This document shows positions 63,609 through 64,000 of a stretch of DNA of 64,000 nucleotides, in pieces (the stretch's first letter is position 1; every line of letters begins with the position of its first letter). A model generated the notes under the pieces. The model searched no databases, was not told the DNA's origin, and worked only from the letters and a program-made list of their open reading frames with translations. The position numbers and the translations under genes were made by a program. The stretch is from positions 4,105 to 68,104 of the forward strand of contig JBAVVD010000002.1 of the NCBI GenBank assembly GCA_049697115.1. Reading direction: 5' to 3'. Origin of the DNA: Candidatus Aminicenantales bacterium (lineage in GTDB: Bacteria > Acidobacteriota > Aminicenantia > Aminicenantales > UBA4085).

Positions 63609-64000
63609 GATGAATAGACTTAAAGTGCTGGTTTCCGCTTACGCCTGCAATCCAATGAGCTCTTTGCAGCTCCATCCTGGAGAGGACATTACCGGCTGGA
63701 GAATTGTGGAGCAGATCAGCCGGTTCCACGACGTCTCTGTGATCACGCACAGTTACAACCGGGACGGAGTCGATCAGGCTCTCCAGAAAAGGCCTCTTTC
63801 CGGCGTTCGATTTTATTTCTTGGATTTGCCGGCCTGGATGCGGATCCTTTATAAAATCGAATTCGCCCAGAGAATTTATTATTATCTCTGGCAGATCAAG
63901 GCCTGGAGATTCGCTCGTGTTCTTCACCGCCAGGTCCGTTTTGACCTGGCCCATCACGTCACGTTCGGCAATGATTGGATTCCGAGTTTCATAGGAGCCC
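63609..64000 (+). CDS. GT4-like glycosyltransferase, N-terminal part; 3'-partial, it runs off the end of the window
   Basis: The opening KVLVSAYACNP resembles a GT-B N-terminal domain. The frame is open to the end of the window. Confidence 0.55.

Noticed and set aside
60215-64000. The polysaccharide cluster as a novel system
   Set aside because: Wzx plus GT2/GT4 glycosyltransferases is a standard O-antigen/EPS locus layout. Only the ops-like motif upstream is noted.

Overview
This 64-kb window is bacterial chromosomal DNA, mostly core housekeeping genes. Genes are densely packed and often overlap by 4-20 nt. Annotation is by eye, from remembered protein motifs and hand-traced repeats and RNA folds; no database search or RNA-model scan was possible.

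Core content, in order:
- A heat-shock operon hrcA-grpE-dnaK-dnaJ (4.2-8.7 kb), preceded by cysS and a Memo-like gene. The dnaK lacks its C-terminal lid.
- rsmE, a Ser/Thr kinase, ilvE, an orphan pilT, alaS, a lytic transglycosylase and two S9 peptidases (8.7-18 kb).
- tRNA-Leu(TAG) followed by the conserved block tig-clpP-clpX-lon-rho (23.7-31 kb).
- A DEAD-box helicase, ferredoxin, site-2 protease, hypF, queH, an M14 carboxypeptidase, fabH, the four-gene 2-oxoacid:ferredoxin oxidoreductase operon porGDAB, the alpha subunit of a class I fumarase, an aldehyde dehydrogenase, thiC, and the start of a polysaccharide cluster (wzx plus three glycosyltransferases).

The accessory part lies between rho and the helicase (about 30.98-37.9 kb):
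- An AT-rich spacer is interrupted by a high-GC IS element (31172-33290) with perfect 21-bp terminal inverted repeats and a 591-aa transposase.
- Next comes a decayed integrative element. It carries a WG-repeat gene fragment, a very AT-rich 326-aa orphan ORF with no homology I can recognise, two excisionase-family HTH genes, a winged-helix-like gene, an array of TGGAGAGT iteron-like repeats, a small Cys-rich gene and a tyrosine integrase.
- The integrase stop codon lies in the anticodon loop of a 50-nt 3' fragment of tRNA-Arg(CCT). No intact tRNA-Arg is present in the window.
- This island, and especially the orphan ORF with its iteron array, is the best candidate for an undescribed accessory function such as defence cargo. 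That reading is inference only.

The organism is unidentified; the por operon and hypF suggest an anaerobe of roughly 48% GC.
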